NCBI GenBank assembly: GCA_963708295.1 | Contig: CAVPSJ010000011.1 | Coordinates: forward strand, 160,001-224,000 | Length of the DNA: 64,000 nucleotides | Source: an uncultured delta proteobacterium | Lineage (GTDB): Bacteria > Desulfobacterota > BSN033 > UBA1163 | Direction of reading: 5' to 3' | In this document: positions 41,818 through 51,804 of the stretch, piece by piece | How the letters are laid out: each line of letters starts with the position of its first letter | Position numbering within the stretch: position 1 is the stretch's first letter | Translations under genes and position numbers: made by a program | The notes under the pieces: generated by a model | Seen by the model: the letters and a program-made list of their open reading frames with translations, nothing else | Databases searched by the model: none | Told to the model about the DNA's origin: nothing

Positions 41818-42099
41818 ACAATCACATTTTGTACAAGGATGGAACTTTTCACTTTCAGGATCAATTACCTCTACCACCCCACCCTCCTCCTGAAAGCGAG
41901 AGATCTCCTACCTCTGAAAGGAAGAAATCCTTATGTTCTCCTCCCCCTTCAAGGGGGAGTGTATAGACCGGGGAGATGGGGATTTCTTAGCAACTAAACC
42001 TGAAATCTCTTCTCATGCGCACTGATGAGCAAAGAGCAAGGCAAAGGGCCGTGTTGAGGAGGAAGGCTGCTCAGCTTCGTCAGCGGCCCCTCACCCCAC

Positions 42100-42148
42100 T
42101 TGACATGGCCTTGAAGAAAAGGTATTTTTTGTGGAAAAGGTTTACCAT
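42100..42148 (+). promoter_or_regulatory. Sigma70 promoter plus LacI-type operator
   Basis: TTGACA-N17-TATTTT followed by TGGAAAAGGTTTACCAT (42132-42148). Confidence 0.7.
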
Positions 42149-42166
42149 TCCCATCGGATTTATTTC

Positions 42167-43159
42167 ATGTCAACCATACTGGACGTTGCCCTGAAAGCCA
42201 AAGTTTCTATCGCCACGGTCTCCAGGGTCGTCAACAACAGCTCCCACAAAGTCAATCCAATCACAAGAAAGAAGGTTTTGAAAGCCATCACCGAATTGGA
42301 CTACCGTCCCAATGCCCTGGCCAAAGGTCTTCTCAAGAAAAAGACAATGACTGTCGGGATCATCATCCCCGACATTTCCAACCCCTATTATGCGGAGATC
42401 GTGAGGGGGATTCAAGATATGGCCGATCTATCTGGATATGCCATCCTCCTTCTCAACACGGACAGAAATCAGGACCGAATTATAAAGCATATCTATTTTC
42501 TCAGAGAAAAGTCGGCTGACGGGATTATTTTCAGCGGCGGCATGATTCACGGTGAAAAGGTTCTCTCGTCCCTGAAGGAACTGAGGGAACGAGTAGTCCT
42601 GATCGGTCGCCATAAGGCCGATTTCCCCGCGGTCATGATCGACAATATGGGTGGAGCAACCAAGGCAACACAGCACCTGATCGGGCTGAATCACAAAAGA
42701 ATTGCGTTTCTGGGTGGACCGGATAAATCCACCTCTTCGAAAGATCGTCTTTCAGGGTATAAGAGTGCGTTGATCCAAAGTGGTTGTGTTATTGATAAGA
42801 ATCTGATAAAAAAAGGAGATCTGACTCCCAGGAGTGGATATCTTCTTGCAAAAGAGCTCATTCAGAAAGAGCAATTTACAGCGATTTTTGCCGCCAATGA
42901 CCAGATGGCGTTTGGAGCCATTCGGGCGGCTATGGAATTTGGATCAAGAGTGCCGAATGATCTCTCTGTCGTGGGATTTGATAATATTCCCTTCAGCTCT
43001 TATTTTGATCCTTCCTTAACAACCGTTGAAATTCCGATGTATCATATCGGGGCGGCTGCCATGGAAATGTTGATCAATCGGATATCGGAGAAAAATGCTG
43101 AAAAACTGCGTTGGTTCGATACCAAGCTACTGATTCGAGATTCGACGGCAAAAAGATAG
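42167..43159 (+). CDS. LacI-family transcriptional regulator
   Basis: [29 protein letters not shown] and SVVGFD motifs. Confidence 0.95.
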   Translation: MSTILDVALKAKVSIATVSRVVNNSSHKVNPITRKKVLKAITELDYRPNALAKGLLKKKTMTVGIIIPDISNPYYAEIVRGIQDMADLSGYAILLLNTDRNQDRIIKHIYFLREKSADGIIFSGGMIHGEKVLSSLKELRERVVLIGRHKADFPAVMIDNMGGATKATQHLIGLNHKRIAFLGGPDKSTSSKDRLSGYKSALIQSGCVIDKNLIKKGDLTPRSGYLLAKELIQKEQFTAIFAANDQMAFGAIRAAMEFGSRVPNDLSVVGFDNIPFSSYFDPSLTTVEIPMYHIGAAAMEMLINRISEKNAEKLRWFDTKLLIRDSTAKR

Positions 43160-43211
43160 CTTTGGAAATAGAAGAAAGCTCTTGATATTTTTTTGTAGCA
43201 TCGAATTACTT

Positions 43212-43228
43212 TGGAAAAGGTTTACCAT
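43212..43228 (+). promoter_or_regulatory. LacI-type operator, copy 2
   Basis: Identical 17-mer TGGAAAAGGTTTACCAT. Confidence 0.75.
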
Positions 43229-43282
43229 AACATCTCAAATAGATCATGATCTTCTAAACGAAAACAAGAAAGGAGAATCAAA

Positions 43283-44176
43283 ATGTCAAAGCTACAAAAG
43301 TATGACCTTCTGGAACTACCCTGGACCGACATTGCCGATTATCTCAAGGCCGGCAACGACGTCGTGATGATCCCCGTCGGCAGCTGCGAGAAGCACGGGC
43401 ATCACGTCCCTCTCGGGGTCGATTCCTACACCACGATGGGAAGCGTGGAAAGGGCGGCACTGAAGGCTAAAGTGCTTTACGCTCCTCTTTTACCTTTCGG
43501 TGTTTCCCCTCATCACATGGGCGAACCGGGTTGGGGAACCGGGACGATTTCCTTTCCCACCGAAGTCTACCGTGAAGTTCTCTATGCCATCGGCCGGAGC
43601 CTGATCTTCGCCGGTTTTAATAAACTGGTCTATGTTTCTCACCACGGCACCAACATGGGTTCTCAGGGAGAAGTGCTGCGCACCCTGCGGGCCGAGACCG
43701 GTTGCTTCTGCGCCTACTACAAAACCCCTACGGAAAGGGAGTGCGCGGTCGTCGTCGACTTGATGGACGGTCCCCCGGAGGAGACCCCCGGTTGGCATGC
43801 CGGGGAGCTTGAGACCTCTACCACCATAGCCTATATGAAGGAAAAAGGGAATTACGAAGGCTCCGTGTTCATGGAGCGGGCCAAGGCCGATCGTGCCCAC
43901 GCCCCGCGGTGGATGGGACCCGCCTTTTCCAAAAAGGATGGCACGAACACCGTTATCTTCCAGAATTCTGAAAACATCTTCGTTCCGATGCTCCACCATG
44001 AGTACTCGGATACGGCCACGATCGGAAATCCGCTCCGGTCCAGCGAAAAGCAGGGCAATGCCGTCTTTGAGAGAATCGCTAATCACCTGGCCGCCTTTCT
44101 CGAGGAAGTGAAGAAATTCGATTTCAAAGTTCCGATGGAGAAGCGGGACTGGCCCGGCCGTTTCTGGAAAGGGTAA
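43283..44176 (+). CDS. Creatininase-family hydrolase
   Basis: PVGSCEKHGHHVPLGVD, SHHGTN and HAGELET motifs. Confidence 0.88.
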   Translation: MSKLQKYDLLELPWTDIADYLKAGNDVVMIPVGSCEKHGHHVPLGVDSYTTMGSVERAALKAKVLYAPLLPFGVSPHHMGEPGWGTGTISFPTEVYREVLYAIGRSLIFAGFNKLVYVSHHGTNMGSQGEVLRTLRAETGCFCAYYKTPTERECAVVVDLMDGPPEETPGWHAGELETSTTIAYMKEKGNYEGSVFMERAKADRAHAPRWMGPAFSKKDGTNTVIFQNSENIFVPMLHHEYSDTATIGNPLRSSEKQGNAVFERIANHLAAFLEEVKKFDFKVPMEKRDWPGRFWKG

Positions 44177-44276
44177 AAAGATTCAGGAGGGCGTGCAAGA
44201 ATAACTCTACAATTTTACAAATGCAGTCATTTAATGGAGCAGTGGACTATTCGGTTGGTACAGAAAACGTGATGAG

Positions 44277-45512
44277 ATGAAGCGGAAAGGAACCATTGCT
44301 ATTCTGGCGACCCTGGATACCAAGGGGCAAGAGGTAGCCTATATGAAGGGATTCTTCGAAGCCCTGGGCCATTCCGCTGTCACTATCGATGTGGGCCCTC
44401 TCGGTCCTCCCTCTATCCCGCCGGATATCACGAATGAAGAGATTGCTCGGTGGGGGGGTTGGGAACTTTCGAATTTGATTCAAACGGGAGAAAGAGACCG
44501 AATGATGCAAGAGATGGGGAAAGGGGCGATGAAGCTTCTTCTCCATTTACATCAAGAAGGAAGAATCGACGGGGTCATCGGACTCGGAGGCAACCAGGGA
44601 TCGGCCATTGCGTCCATGGCCATGAAGGCCCTACCCTTTGGATTTCCAAAATATCTTGTCTCTACGGTTGCCTCCGGAAATATCCGGCCTTATGTAGGGC
44701 ATAAAGACATCGGAGTGGTTTTTTCAGTGGGAGATTTCCTGGGAGGTCCAAACCCAATCACCCGGTCGGTCCTCAGAAATGCTGCGTCGGCAGTGGCCGG
44801 GATGGTTGAACATTGCACGGAGGGTGCGAGGGTTAAAATAGAACCGGGCGAGCGGATCGTCGCGGTGACTGCTCTGGGAAATACGGAACCTGCGGTCAGC
44901 CTGGCTGTAAAGCAACTTCATGAGAAGGGTTTCCGGGTTGTCCCTTTTCACGCCTCCGGAGCCGGCGGCTCAGCAATGGAAGAGCTGATCGAGCAGGGAA
45001 CCATCCATGGAGTCCTTGACTTAACCCCTCATGAACTCACAGAAGAGGTCGTCGGCGCCGGGGCCTATATCCCTGTGACATCGGGAAGGCTGAAAGCGGC
45101 TGGAGCAAAGGGAATTCCTCAGGTTGTATCCACGGGAGGGATGGAATATCTCTGTTTCGGGCCTAAAGAGTCCATTCCATTGAAATTACGAAAAAGAAAA
45201 ATCTACATGCACAACCCTCTCAATGCGAATGTGGGGGTTTCCAGGAATGAGATGGCGCAGGTGGGCAAAACTATGGCTGAAAGGTTGAATGAGGCCAGAG
45301 GGATGACTGCTGTATTGATTCCCCTGCAGGGGTGGTCCATCTATGGAGCAAGGGGAGGTCCCCTATACGATGAGGGTAGGTATACGACTTTTCTGAAGGC
45401 CCTCAAGAACCATCTCAGAGCGGATATCGGGCTGGAAAAGATTGATGCCCATATCAACGATGCTCGTTTTGTGGATCGGTGCGTCACGAAATTAGTTGAA
45501 TTTATGAATTAA
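44277..45512 (+). CDS. Tm-1-like ATP-binding (UPF0261) protein
   Basis: TLDTKG, LPFGFPK, FHASGAGG and HIND motifs. Confidence 0.85.
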   Translation: MKRKGTIAILATLDTKGQEVAYMKGFFEALGHSAVTIDVGPLGPPSIPPDITNEEIARWGGWELSNLIQTGERDRMMQEMGKGAMKLLLHLHQEGRIDGVIGLGGNQGSAIASMAMKALPFGFPKYLVSTVASGNIRPYVGHKDIGVVFSVGDFLGGPNPITRSVLRNAASAVAGMVEHCTEGARVKIEPGERIVAVTALGNTEPAVSLAVKQLHEKGFRVVPFHASGAGGSAMEELIEQGTIHGVLDLTPHELTEEVVGAGAYIPVTSGRLKAAGAKGIPQVVSTGGMEYLCFGPKESIPLKLRKRKIYMHNPLNANVGVSRNEMAQVGKTMAERLNEARGMTAVLIPLQGWSIYGARGGPLYDEGRYTTFLKALKNHLRADIGLEKIDAHINDARFVDRCVTKLVEFMN

Positions 45513-45764
45513 GCTTAAGGTTAAATTAAATTCGACGGGTGGGCGTACTTCCAACCCTTTACGAAGCGGGTTCTTGGTATAGTTCATGGGTAACGTGCGA
45601 TATCAGCCAGAGTGAAGTCTGTACTATGCCTGGAAACTCGATTGCTGGACATTTCAACGTCCCGCTGTAAAGTTTCTTCAGCACGCTCAATCGCCTATTG
45701 GCATTTACTCAAACAACCGTTTGCTGGAGAAAAAAGCCTTTCGAAAATTTGCCCATGGAGGTCA

Positions 45765-46892
45765 ATGATGAAGCCGTCCGATCCAAAGAAGGATTTGTCA
45801 ATTCCCAAGACCATGAAAGCATGGGTCCTCGATGGCCCGGAACAATTACGACTGGTGGAAAAGCCTGTCCCCCAACCGGGGCCCGCGGAGGTCCTGGTCC
45901 GCATTGACGCGGTCGCCATTTGCGGCACGGACGTAGAGATTATTACCAAAGGGCTGCCCGCGTGGATACAGGGCGGTCTTCCCTTCAATAAGAATTTCAC
46001 GCCCGGCCATGAATACATGGGCACGGTGGCTAAGCTCGGAGCAGGCGTGGACGAATATAAAATCGGAGATCGCATTGCCGTGGAAATCCATGCCGGCTGC
46101 GGTCGTTGCGAAAGATGTCGTATGGGCATGTACACATCATGCCTCAACTATGGCTTAAATTACGGAGACAACAACAAGGGGCACCGTGCCAATGGCTTTA
46201 CCACGGACGGCGGCTTCGCAGAGTATGCGGTCAATCATGTCAACACCTTGGCCCATGTGCCCGGTGAGATGAGTGATGAAGAGGCTACACTGATCGTCAC
46301 CGCCGGAACGGCCATGTACGGCCTCGACGTCCTGGGTGGACTGATCGCGGGGGAGAGCCTGGCGGTTACCGGGCCGGGCCCGATCGGACTCATGAGCGTG
46401 GCCGTAGGTAAGGCCCTGGGGGCTCAGCCCGTCATTCTGACCGGGACTCGAGATTCCAGGCTCAACATGGGAATCAGATTGGGTGCGGACCATGTGATCA
46501 ATGTTAAAAGGGAGAATCCCGTTGAGGCCGTGAAACGGATCACCGAAGGCAAGGGAGTCCATTATGTGATGGAATGCTCGGGAGCTCCTAACGCCCTGAA
46601 TGAAGCCATGGACATGGTCAATCGAGGTGGCAGAATCTGCCTCGCTGCATTTCCGGGTGAACCGGTTCCGGTTGATCTGGCCAAGCTGGTGCGCAACAAC
46701 ATTTATGTTTACGGTATCCGGGGCGAAGGCAGGAGTGCGACCCACCGAGCCGCTGCCCTGATGGCACAGAAACGCTTCGATGCAAAGCTCATGCATACGC
46801 ACACTTTCCCGCTGGACCAGGTTCCAACGGCCTTCAGATATTTTCGCGAGAGAATCGAAGACGCGATCAAGGTGGTCATCAAGGTGCATTAA
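45765..46892 (+). CDS. Zinc-dependent medium-chain dehydrogenase
   Basis: CGTD, GHE, CGRCERC...C and GPGPIG motifs; GGAGG RBS before 45765. Confidence 0.9.
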   Translation: MMKPSDPKKDLSIPKTMKAWVLDGPEQLRLVEKPVPQPGPAEVLVRIDAVAICGTDVEIITKGLPAWIQGGLPFNKNFTPGHEYMGTVAKLGAGVDEYKIGDRIAVEIHAGCGRCERCRMGMYTSCLNYGLNYGDNNKGHRANGFTTDGGFAEYAVNHVNTLAHVPGEMSDEEATLIVTAGTAMYGLDVLGGLIAGESLAVTGPGPIGLMSVAVGKALGAQPVILTGTRDSRLNMGIRLGADHVINVKRENPVEAVKRITEGKGVHYVMECSGAPNALNEAMDMVNRGGRICLAAFPGEPVPVDLAKLVRNNIYVYGIRGEGRSATHRAAALMAQKRFDAKLMHTHTFPLDQVPTAFRYFRERIEDAIKVVIKVH

Positions 46893-46936
46893 CGGAGGCC
46901 TGGGGTTACGGAATACTTCAAAAAGGGAGGATATCC

Positions 46937-47857
46937 ATGGAGAATTTCTCAATTTACCGCTATATGAAACTGGGAATTGTGCATTTCAAAGCTTTCCCGG
47001 AGGTATCGGAGGGGAATGGTCCCATCGTGGAAACTCTTCGCAAGATCGTGGAGGATGACTTTTGGACGGCTGTTGAAGTGGGTTGGATGAAGGACGTCAA
47101 GGTGAGAAATGAGGCAAGCAAGCTCCTCGAGACCTCTCATATGGAAGTCTGTTACGCAAACCAACCGAGAATGTTCAGCGGGAAGCTCAATGTGAATGCC
47201 TTCGACCCAGATGAGAGAAAAAAAGCGATCAATGCGATGAAAAATGGAGTCGATGAGGCCTTTGACCTCGGAGCCTCATGCATCAGGGTTTTCTCAGGCA
47301 AACATCCCGGAGAGGAAAAGAAAGAAGAAGGCAAGAAGATCCTGATTGACTCCCTGAAGGAAATCTGCAGGTTCACGAAAGAACAGGGCCCGATGGAGAT
47401 CTACATGAAGGTCTTCGACTATGATATCGACAAATGCTTTCTCATCGGTCATTTCAAAGACGCAGCCGACGTGGCGACTGAGGTGCACAAGGAGTTCAAG
47501 AATTTCGGCGTCCTGGCGGATCTCTCTCACTTCCCCCTTCTCAGAGAAACCCCTGAGAAGGCCATCCCTCTTGTCAAGCAGTTTCCCCTCCATTTCCACA
47601 TCGGGAATTGTTCGTTCCGCGACAGGAGACACCCTACCTACGGGGATCTGCAACCTCGTTTCGGAATGGCCGGCGGGGAGATTGATACCCCCCAGGTCAG
47701 GGACTATCTCAAGCTTTTGCTTGACATGAAGCTCTTGAATCCGGAAAAGAAACCTGTGCTCAGCGCGGAGGTAAGACCCCTTCTTGCGGAGGACACGTCC
47801 GAAGTCGTCATTGCGAACACGAAGCGAGTAATCAAGGAAGCCTGGGCAATGGTATAG
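46937..47857 (+). CDS. Xylose-isomerase-like/AP-endonuclease-2 TIM-barrel protein (isomerase/epimerase?)
   Basis: DLSHFP, HFHIGN and C-terminal SAEVRP metal-ligand pattern. Confidence 0.7.
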   Translation: MENFSIYRYMKLGIVHFKAFPEVSEGNGPIVETLRKIVEDDFWTAVEVGWMKDVKVRNEASKLLETSHMEVCYANQPRMFSGKLNVNAFDPDERKKAINAMKNGVDEAFDLGASCIRVFSGKHPGEEKKEEGKKILIDSLKEICRFTKEQGPMEIYMKVFDYDIDKCFLIGHFKDAADVATEVHKEFKNFGVLADLSHFPLLRETPEKAIPLVKQFPLHFHIGNCSFRDRRHPTYGDLQPRFGMAGGEIDTPQVRDYLKLLLDMKLLNPEKKPVLSAEVRPLLAEDTSEVVIANTKRVIKEAWAMV

Positions 47858-47911
47858 GCTTCGGCTCAACAAAAGGTGCTGATCATGGTGCTTAGCATTC
47901 AAAAGGTCCGC

Positions 47912-47951
47912 CCTGCCTTCGTCCCGCAAGGCGGGACTTCGCGCAGGCAGG
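47912..47951. repeat. 40-bp palindromic REP-like element, copy 2
   Basis: CCTGCCTTCGTCCCGCAAGGCGGGACTTCGCGCAGGCAGG. Confidence 0.8.
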
Positions 47952-48033
47952 TACAAGGCTTTCTCAGCGTCCTAACCGGGGCCTGCCTTGCCAATTTCTC
48001 ACAGAATCAAAATAAATAGAAAGGAGGAGGATC

Positions 48034-49020
48034 ATGTCAGGGAAAGGTAGATTTTCTCAAAACTCTTGGAGATTCTTATTTGTGGCCCTTTTGATGGGCC
48101 TGTGGGTGTGGGGTGCTGACACTGGCTTCGCAAAAGACGAATGGCCTGCAAAGCAGGTCGATTTGGTCAACCCCTTCGGAGCCGGAGGAGCAGCGGATGT
48201 CCAGGCCCGGAAACTGGCAGAAATCATTTCTAAAGACCTGGGAGAGCCCCTGGCCGTGCGGAATGTCACAGGAGCTGGCGGAGCTATAGCCTATAATGAG
48301 GTGCACCGAGCCAAACCGGATGGCTATACCCTGATCTGGTATTCCGGCGCCATCAATACATTAGCCGCCAGAAAACAGATCTCTTTTGACTATCAGGCTT
48401 TCGAGCATATCGCAGGAGTCGGGTTTGAAACGATTGCAATTACAGTCAATAAAACCGCGCCCTGGAAGGACTTTAAGGAATTCATCGCCTATATTAAGCA
48501 GAATCCTGGAAAAGTGACCGTAGGTAATTCAGGGATGGGCAGCGTGACCCATATGGTGCCCGTGGCCATGGCATCGAAAATCGGCGCCCCGGTGGTTCAT
48601 GTTCCCTTCGGAACCGGATTGGCAGTGGCTGCCCTGATGGGCAACAAGATTGATGCCTCGAGCCAGCACCCTGCTGAGGTTCTGAGCCAGGTAAAGGCGG
48701 GAGAAGTCCGTGTCCTGGCTGTCAGCAGTGAAAAACGAATTAATCTCTGGCCAAACGTGCCTACGATGAAAGAATCGGGTGTGGATTTGGTATTTGACCA
48801 GTGGAGAGGTTTCGCTGCTCCCAAGAGCACCCCTAAAATGGTGATCGATAAAATGAGTCCTATTGTCAAAAAGGCTGTGGAGAGCAAGGAGTGGACGGAT
48901 TTTGCCGCCTCCGTGGGAACGACGCCGCAATACCTCGACCCTGCGGCCTTTGCTAAGTTTGTAGCCGAGCAGGATAAAATCACGAAGGAAATCATGGCCG
49001 CGGCGGGTCTGACGAAATAA
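48034..49020 (+). CDS. tctC: Tripartite tricarboxylate transporter substrate-binding protein
   Basis: PFGAGGAAD, GAGG, PDGYT and PNVPT motifs. Confidence 0.9.
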   Translation: MSGKGRFSQNSWRFLFVALLMGLWVWGADTGFAKDEWPAKQVDLVNPFGAGGAADVQARKLAEIISKDLGEPLAVRNVTGAGGAIAYNEVHRAKPDGYTLIWYSGAINTLAARKQISFDYQAFEHIAGVGFETIAITVNKTAPWKDFKEFIAYIKQNPGKVTVGNSGMGSVTHMVPVAMASKIGAPVVHVPFGTGLAVAALMGNKIDASSQHPAEVLSQVKAGEVRVLAVSSEKRINLWPNVPTMKESGVDLVFDQWRGFAAPKSTPKMVIDKMSPIVKKAVESKEWTDFAASVGTTPQYLDPAAFAKFVAEQDKITKEIMAAAGLTK

Positions 49021-49050
49021 CCCGCCGCCCACCCTTTCTCCTCAATGAGG

Positions 49051-49210
49051 GAAGGTGTGAAAAAATCGCACTGTACTCGTCTCCCCGGTGAAAACCGGGT
49101 CCAGAGTATTTGCTGCCCCTAAAAATACTGGATTCTGGCTGGAGTTTATTCCGATGGAAATCGGGACCGGAATGACGTGAACCACCACCAAACCATTTTT
49201 TCACAGCTTC
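49051..49210. mobile_element. 160-bp MITE/REPIN-like element
   Basis: 15/16-bp terminal inverted repeats enclosing an inverted pair of REP-like palindromes. Confidence 0.65.
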
Positions 49211-49228
49211 GGAAGCGCGAGGAAGGGA

Positions 49229-49744
49229 GTGAGTAAACTATTTTCTAAGAAAATGTTTATTCGAAAAGAGATTACAAGCAGCCTTGTCATATTGTTCTTC
49301 GGCGTAGGGTTTCTGCTCTATGACCTCAAATACCCCCTGGACCAATGGGCAAACCCCGGCCCCGGAGTCTTCCCGCTGGTCATAGGAGCGGTCGTAGTGG
49401 TTTTGACCGCTTGGCTATTGGTTCAAGAGGTTCGGAAGCTTAAATCGCAAGGGGCAAAAGAGGGCGACGAGGGAGCCAGACAATCGATAACACCCCTTCT
49501 TCAAAGAAGTAGCGCCGAGGCAAAACCTCTCTTCATGATTGTTGTTTTCATCATTTACCTTCTCATGGTAAAGTGGGTCGGTTTTTTTGTCTCGAATTTT
49601 CTATTCGTCATCCTCTCCAGCAGGCTCATGGGGGCCAAAGGTTGGGGAAAGCCGATCGCCCTTTCTGCAGGAATTAACCTTTTCTGTTATTTTCTCTTTG
49701 TGGCCTGGATAAAATTGTCCTTTCCCAGGGGTGTTTTATTCTGA
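49229..49744 (+). CDS. tctB: Tripartite tricarboxylate transporter TctB
   Basis: PGPGVFP motif, several TM helices and C-terminal FPRG. Confidence 0.85.
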   Translation: MSKLFSKKMFIRKEITSSLVILFFGVGFLLYDLKYPLDQWANPGPGVFPLVIGAVVVVLTAWLLVQEVRKLKSQGAKEGDEGARQSITPLLQRSSAEAKPLFMIVVFIIYLLMVKWVGFFVSNFLFVILSSRLMGAKGWGKPIALSAGINLFCYFLFVAWIKLSFPRGVLF

Positions 49745-49760
49745 AGGGAGACCTCTTCAA

Positions 49761-51272
49761 ATGGCTGGACAAGGTATTTTATCTTCGCTGCTCATCGCTT
49801 TTCAGCCTGTCAATTTTTTAGCCTGTTTTATCGGCGCAGTCATTGGCACACTGGTGGGGGTGTTGCCGGGTCTTGGTCCAGCGGCTGCAATGGCTTTGGT
49901 GATCCCCATGACCTTAAAGCTTGGTCCAACGGCAGGTCTGATCATGCTGGCAGGGATTTACTATGGGTCCATGTATGGGGGCTCCACGACATCCATTCTG
50001 GTCAATGTCCCCGGAGAGCCCGCGAGTGTGGTCACCACGTTAGACGGTTATGCGATGGCGCGAAAGGGACGGGCCGGAGCGGCGCTGGCCATTGCAGCCA
50101 TCGGGTCCTTTGTTGCCGGAACATTCAGCGTCATCGCACTGCAGTTCTTCGCACCCGTTCTTGCGAGGTCTGCCCTTGCCTTCGGGCCTGCGGAATACTT
50201 CGCCCTGACGGTTTTGGGCGTGATCTTGCTTTCCAACCTGACCGGAAAATCCCAAGTCAAATCCTTAATCATGATCATGGTCGGTTTGATGCTTTCAACC
50301 GTTGGGTTCGACCCCGTGGGCGGTGTGGAACGTTTCTCTTTCAGCCTCGAATCAGCGCAGGGGGGGATTAGTTTTATTGCCCTCACAACCGGCCTTTTTG
50401 GAGTTGCAGAAGTCCTTTCAATCATCGCCGCAAAAGAAGAACCGCTCGACCTCCTGCCTGTGAGGTTTCGCGAACTTTATCCCAATCGAGAAGAGATCAA
50501 GCGGTCCGTCGCTCCTGTCGCCCGCGGGTCTGTGTTGGGGTTTCTGATCGGCCTCTTGCCAGGGCCTGCTGCCACCATGGCAGCATTCGCCTCCTATGGC
50601 ATGGAGAGGCGGCTTTCCAAGCATCGGGATGAATTCGGAAAGGGTGCCATCGAAGGGGTGGCGGGGCCTGAATCGGCGAATAATGCGGCAGCAGGCGGAG
50701 CGATGATCCCTTTGCTTTCCTTGGGTTTACCCTTTACTCCGACCACGGCCGTTTTATTGGGAGGAATGCTTCTCCACGGCATCACCCCGGGCCCATTGCT
50801 CCTGCGTGACCGGCCCGATGTCTTTTGGGGAGTGATTGGCAGCTTTTATCTCGGGAATATGATGCTGCTCATCTTGAATCTGCCCCTGGTTGGCATCTTT
50901 GCAAAGATTGTAAGGATCACCCCAAAATATCTGATGCCAACCGTGCTGGTCCTGTGCGTCATCGGGGCTTACGGAGATAACGGTACCCTTTTTGACGTAT
51001 GGGTGATGCTGGGGGCTGGAATCGCGGGATACGTCATGCGTAAATACAACTATGAGCCCGCCCCCTTGGTCGTAGGGTTGGTTCTAGGCCCGGTCATGGA
51101 AAGATCCTTCAGGCAAACGCTCATCATATCCCGCGGAAATATGAGCGGCCTCTGGGATTCGCCGATTTGCCTGGTTTTGTGGCTGATCACTCTGTTGACA
51201 GCCGCTCTTCCATTCATCATGCGTTACTTAAGGTCGAAAGCAGGCATCCGTTCCAAGAAATCGACCTCCTAG
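49761..51272 (+). CDS. tctA: Tripartite tricarboxylate transporter TctA
   Basis: GVLPGLG, YYGSMYGG and GPESANNA motifs. Confidence 0.92.
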   Translation: MAGQGILSSLLIAFQPVNFLACFIGAVIGTLVGVLPGLGPAAAMALVIPMTLKLGPTAGLIMLAGIYYGSMYGGSTTSILVNVPGEPASVVTTLDGYAMARKGRAGAALAIAAIGSFVAGTFSVIALQFFAPVLARSALAFGPAEYFALTVLGVILLSNLTGKSQVKSLIMIMVGLMLSTVGFDPVGGVERFSFSLESAQGGISFIALTTGLFGVAEVLSIIAAKEEPLDLLPVRFRELYPNREEIKRSVAPVARGSVLGFLIGLLPGPAATMAAFASYGMERRLSKHRDEFGKGAIEGVAGPESANNAAAGGAMIPLLSLGLPFTPTTAVLLGGMLLHGITPGPLLLRDRPDVFWGVIGSFYLGNMMLLILNLPLVGIFAKIVRITPKYLMPTVLVLCVIGAYGDNGTLFDVWVMLGAGIAGYVMRKYNYEPAPLVVGLVLGPVMERSFRQTLIISRGNMSGLWDSPICLVLWLITLLTAALPFIMRYLRSKAGIRSKKSTS

Positions 51273-51320
51273 AAAAACAGTCCAGGCCCATAGCTAAGTT
51301 AACTCTTAATATTCAGGAGG

Positions 51321-51764
51321 TTATTTTCTTGATTTGAAGTAATCCTTTAAGATAGAGCGGTGATCGAAGGCAATTGAATCGGGCAGGTTCGTTTCATTGA
51401 AGATTCCAATTTCTATCGCGTCATCTTTAGCCTGAGGTGTTCCCTTAGCTTTTGCCATATAAACTGTTGAAATGCTGTGATGTCTCGGATCTCGATTCGG
51501 GTCTGAATAGGTGTGAAATTGATCGGTCAGTTTCACGTCCAGATCGGTCTCTTCCTTCGCCTCTCGTACAGCAGCCTCCTCCAAAGGCTCTCCGTAGTCC
51601 ACAAATCCTCCTGGAAGGGCCCATCCGTAGGGAGGATTCTTCCTTTTGATTAATACGATTCCTTTTGGCTCGATTTCGATGATGATGTCGACCGTTGGAA
51701 TGGGGTTCTTGTAGACTTCGATCTCATTCTTACATTTGGCGCACTGAATGGTTCGGCGAGCCAC
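51321..51764 (-). CDS. NUDIX hydrolase (ADP-ribose pyrophosphatase-like)
   Basis: Nudix box GGFVDYGE...REAKEET and RDPR. Confidence 0.9.
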   Translation of the reverse strand: MARRTIQCAKCKNEIEVYKNPIPTVDIIIEIEPKGIVLIKRKNPPYGWALPGGFVDYGEPLEEAAVREAKEETDLDVKLTDQFHTYSDPNRDPRHHSISTVYMAKAKGTPQAKDDAIEIGIFNETNLPDSIAFDHRSILKDYFKSRK

Positions 51765-51804
51765 TTACCCTACCCTTTCTCGAGTTTCTCATAACCACGA
51801 AATT

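Noticed and set aside
42022-42085. Hammerhead ribozyme suggested by CTGATGAG
   Set aside because: No correctly placed GAAA and stem II/III partner could be found
45515-45760. Missing TIM-barrel partner of the Tm-1-like gene in the intergenic gap
   Set aside because: Only short broken frames with no recognisable motif
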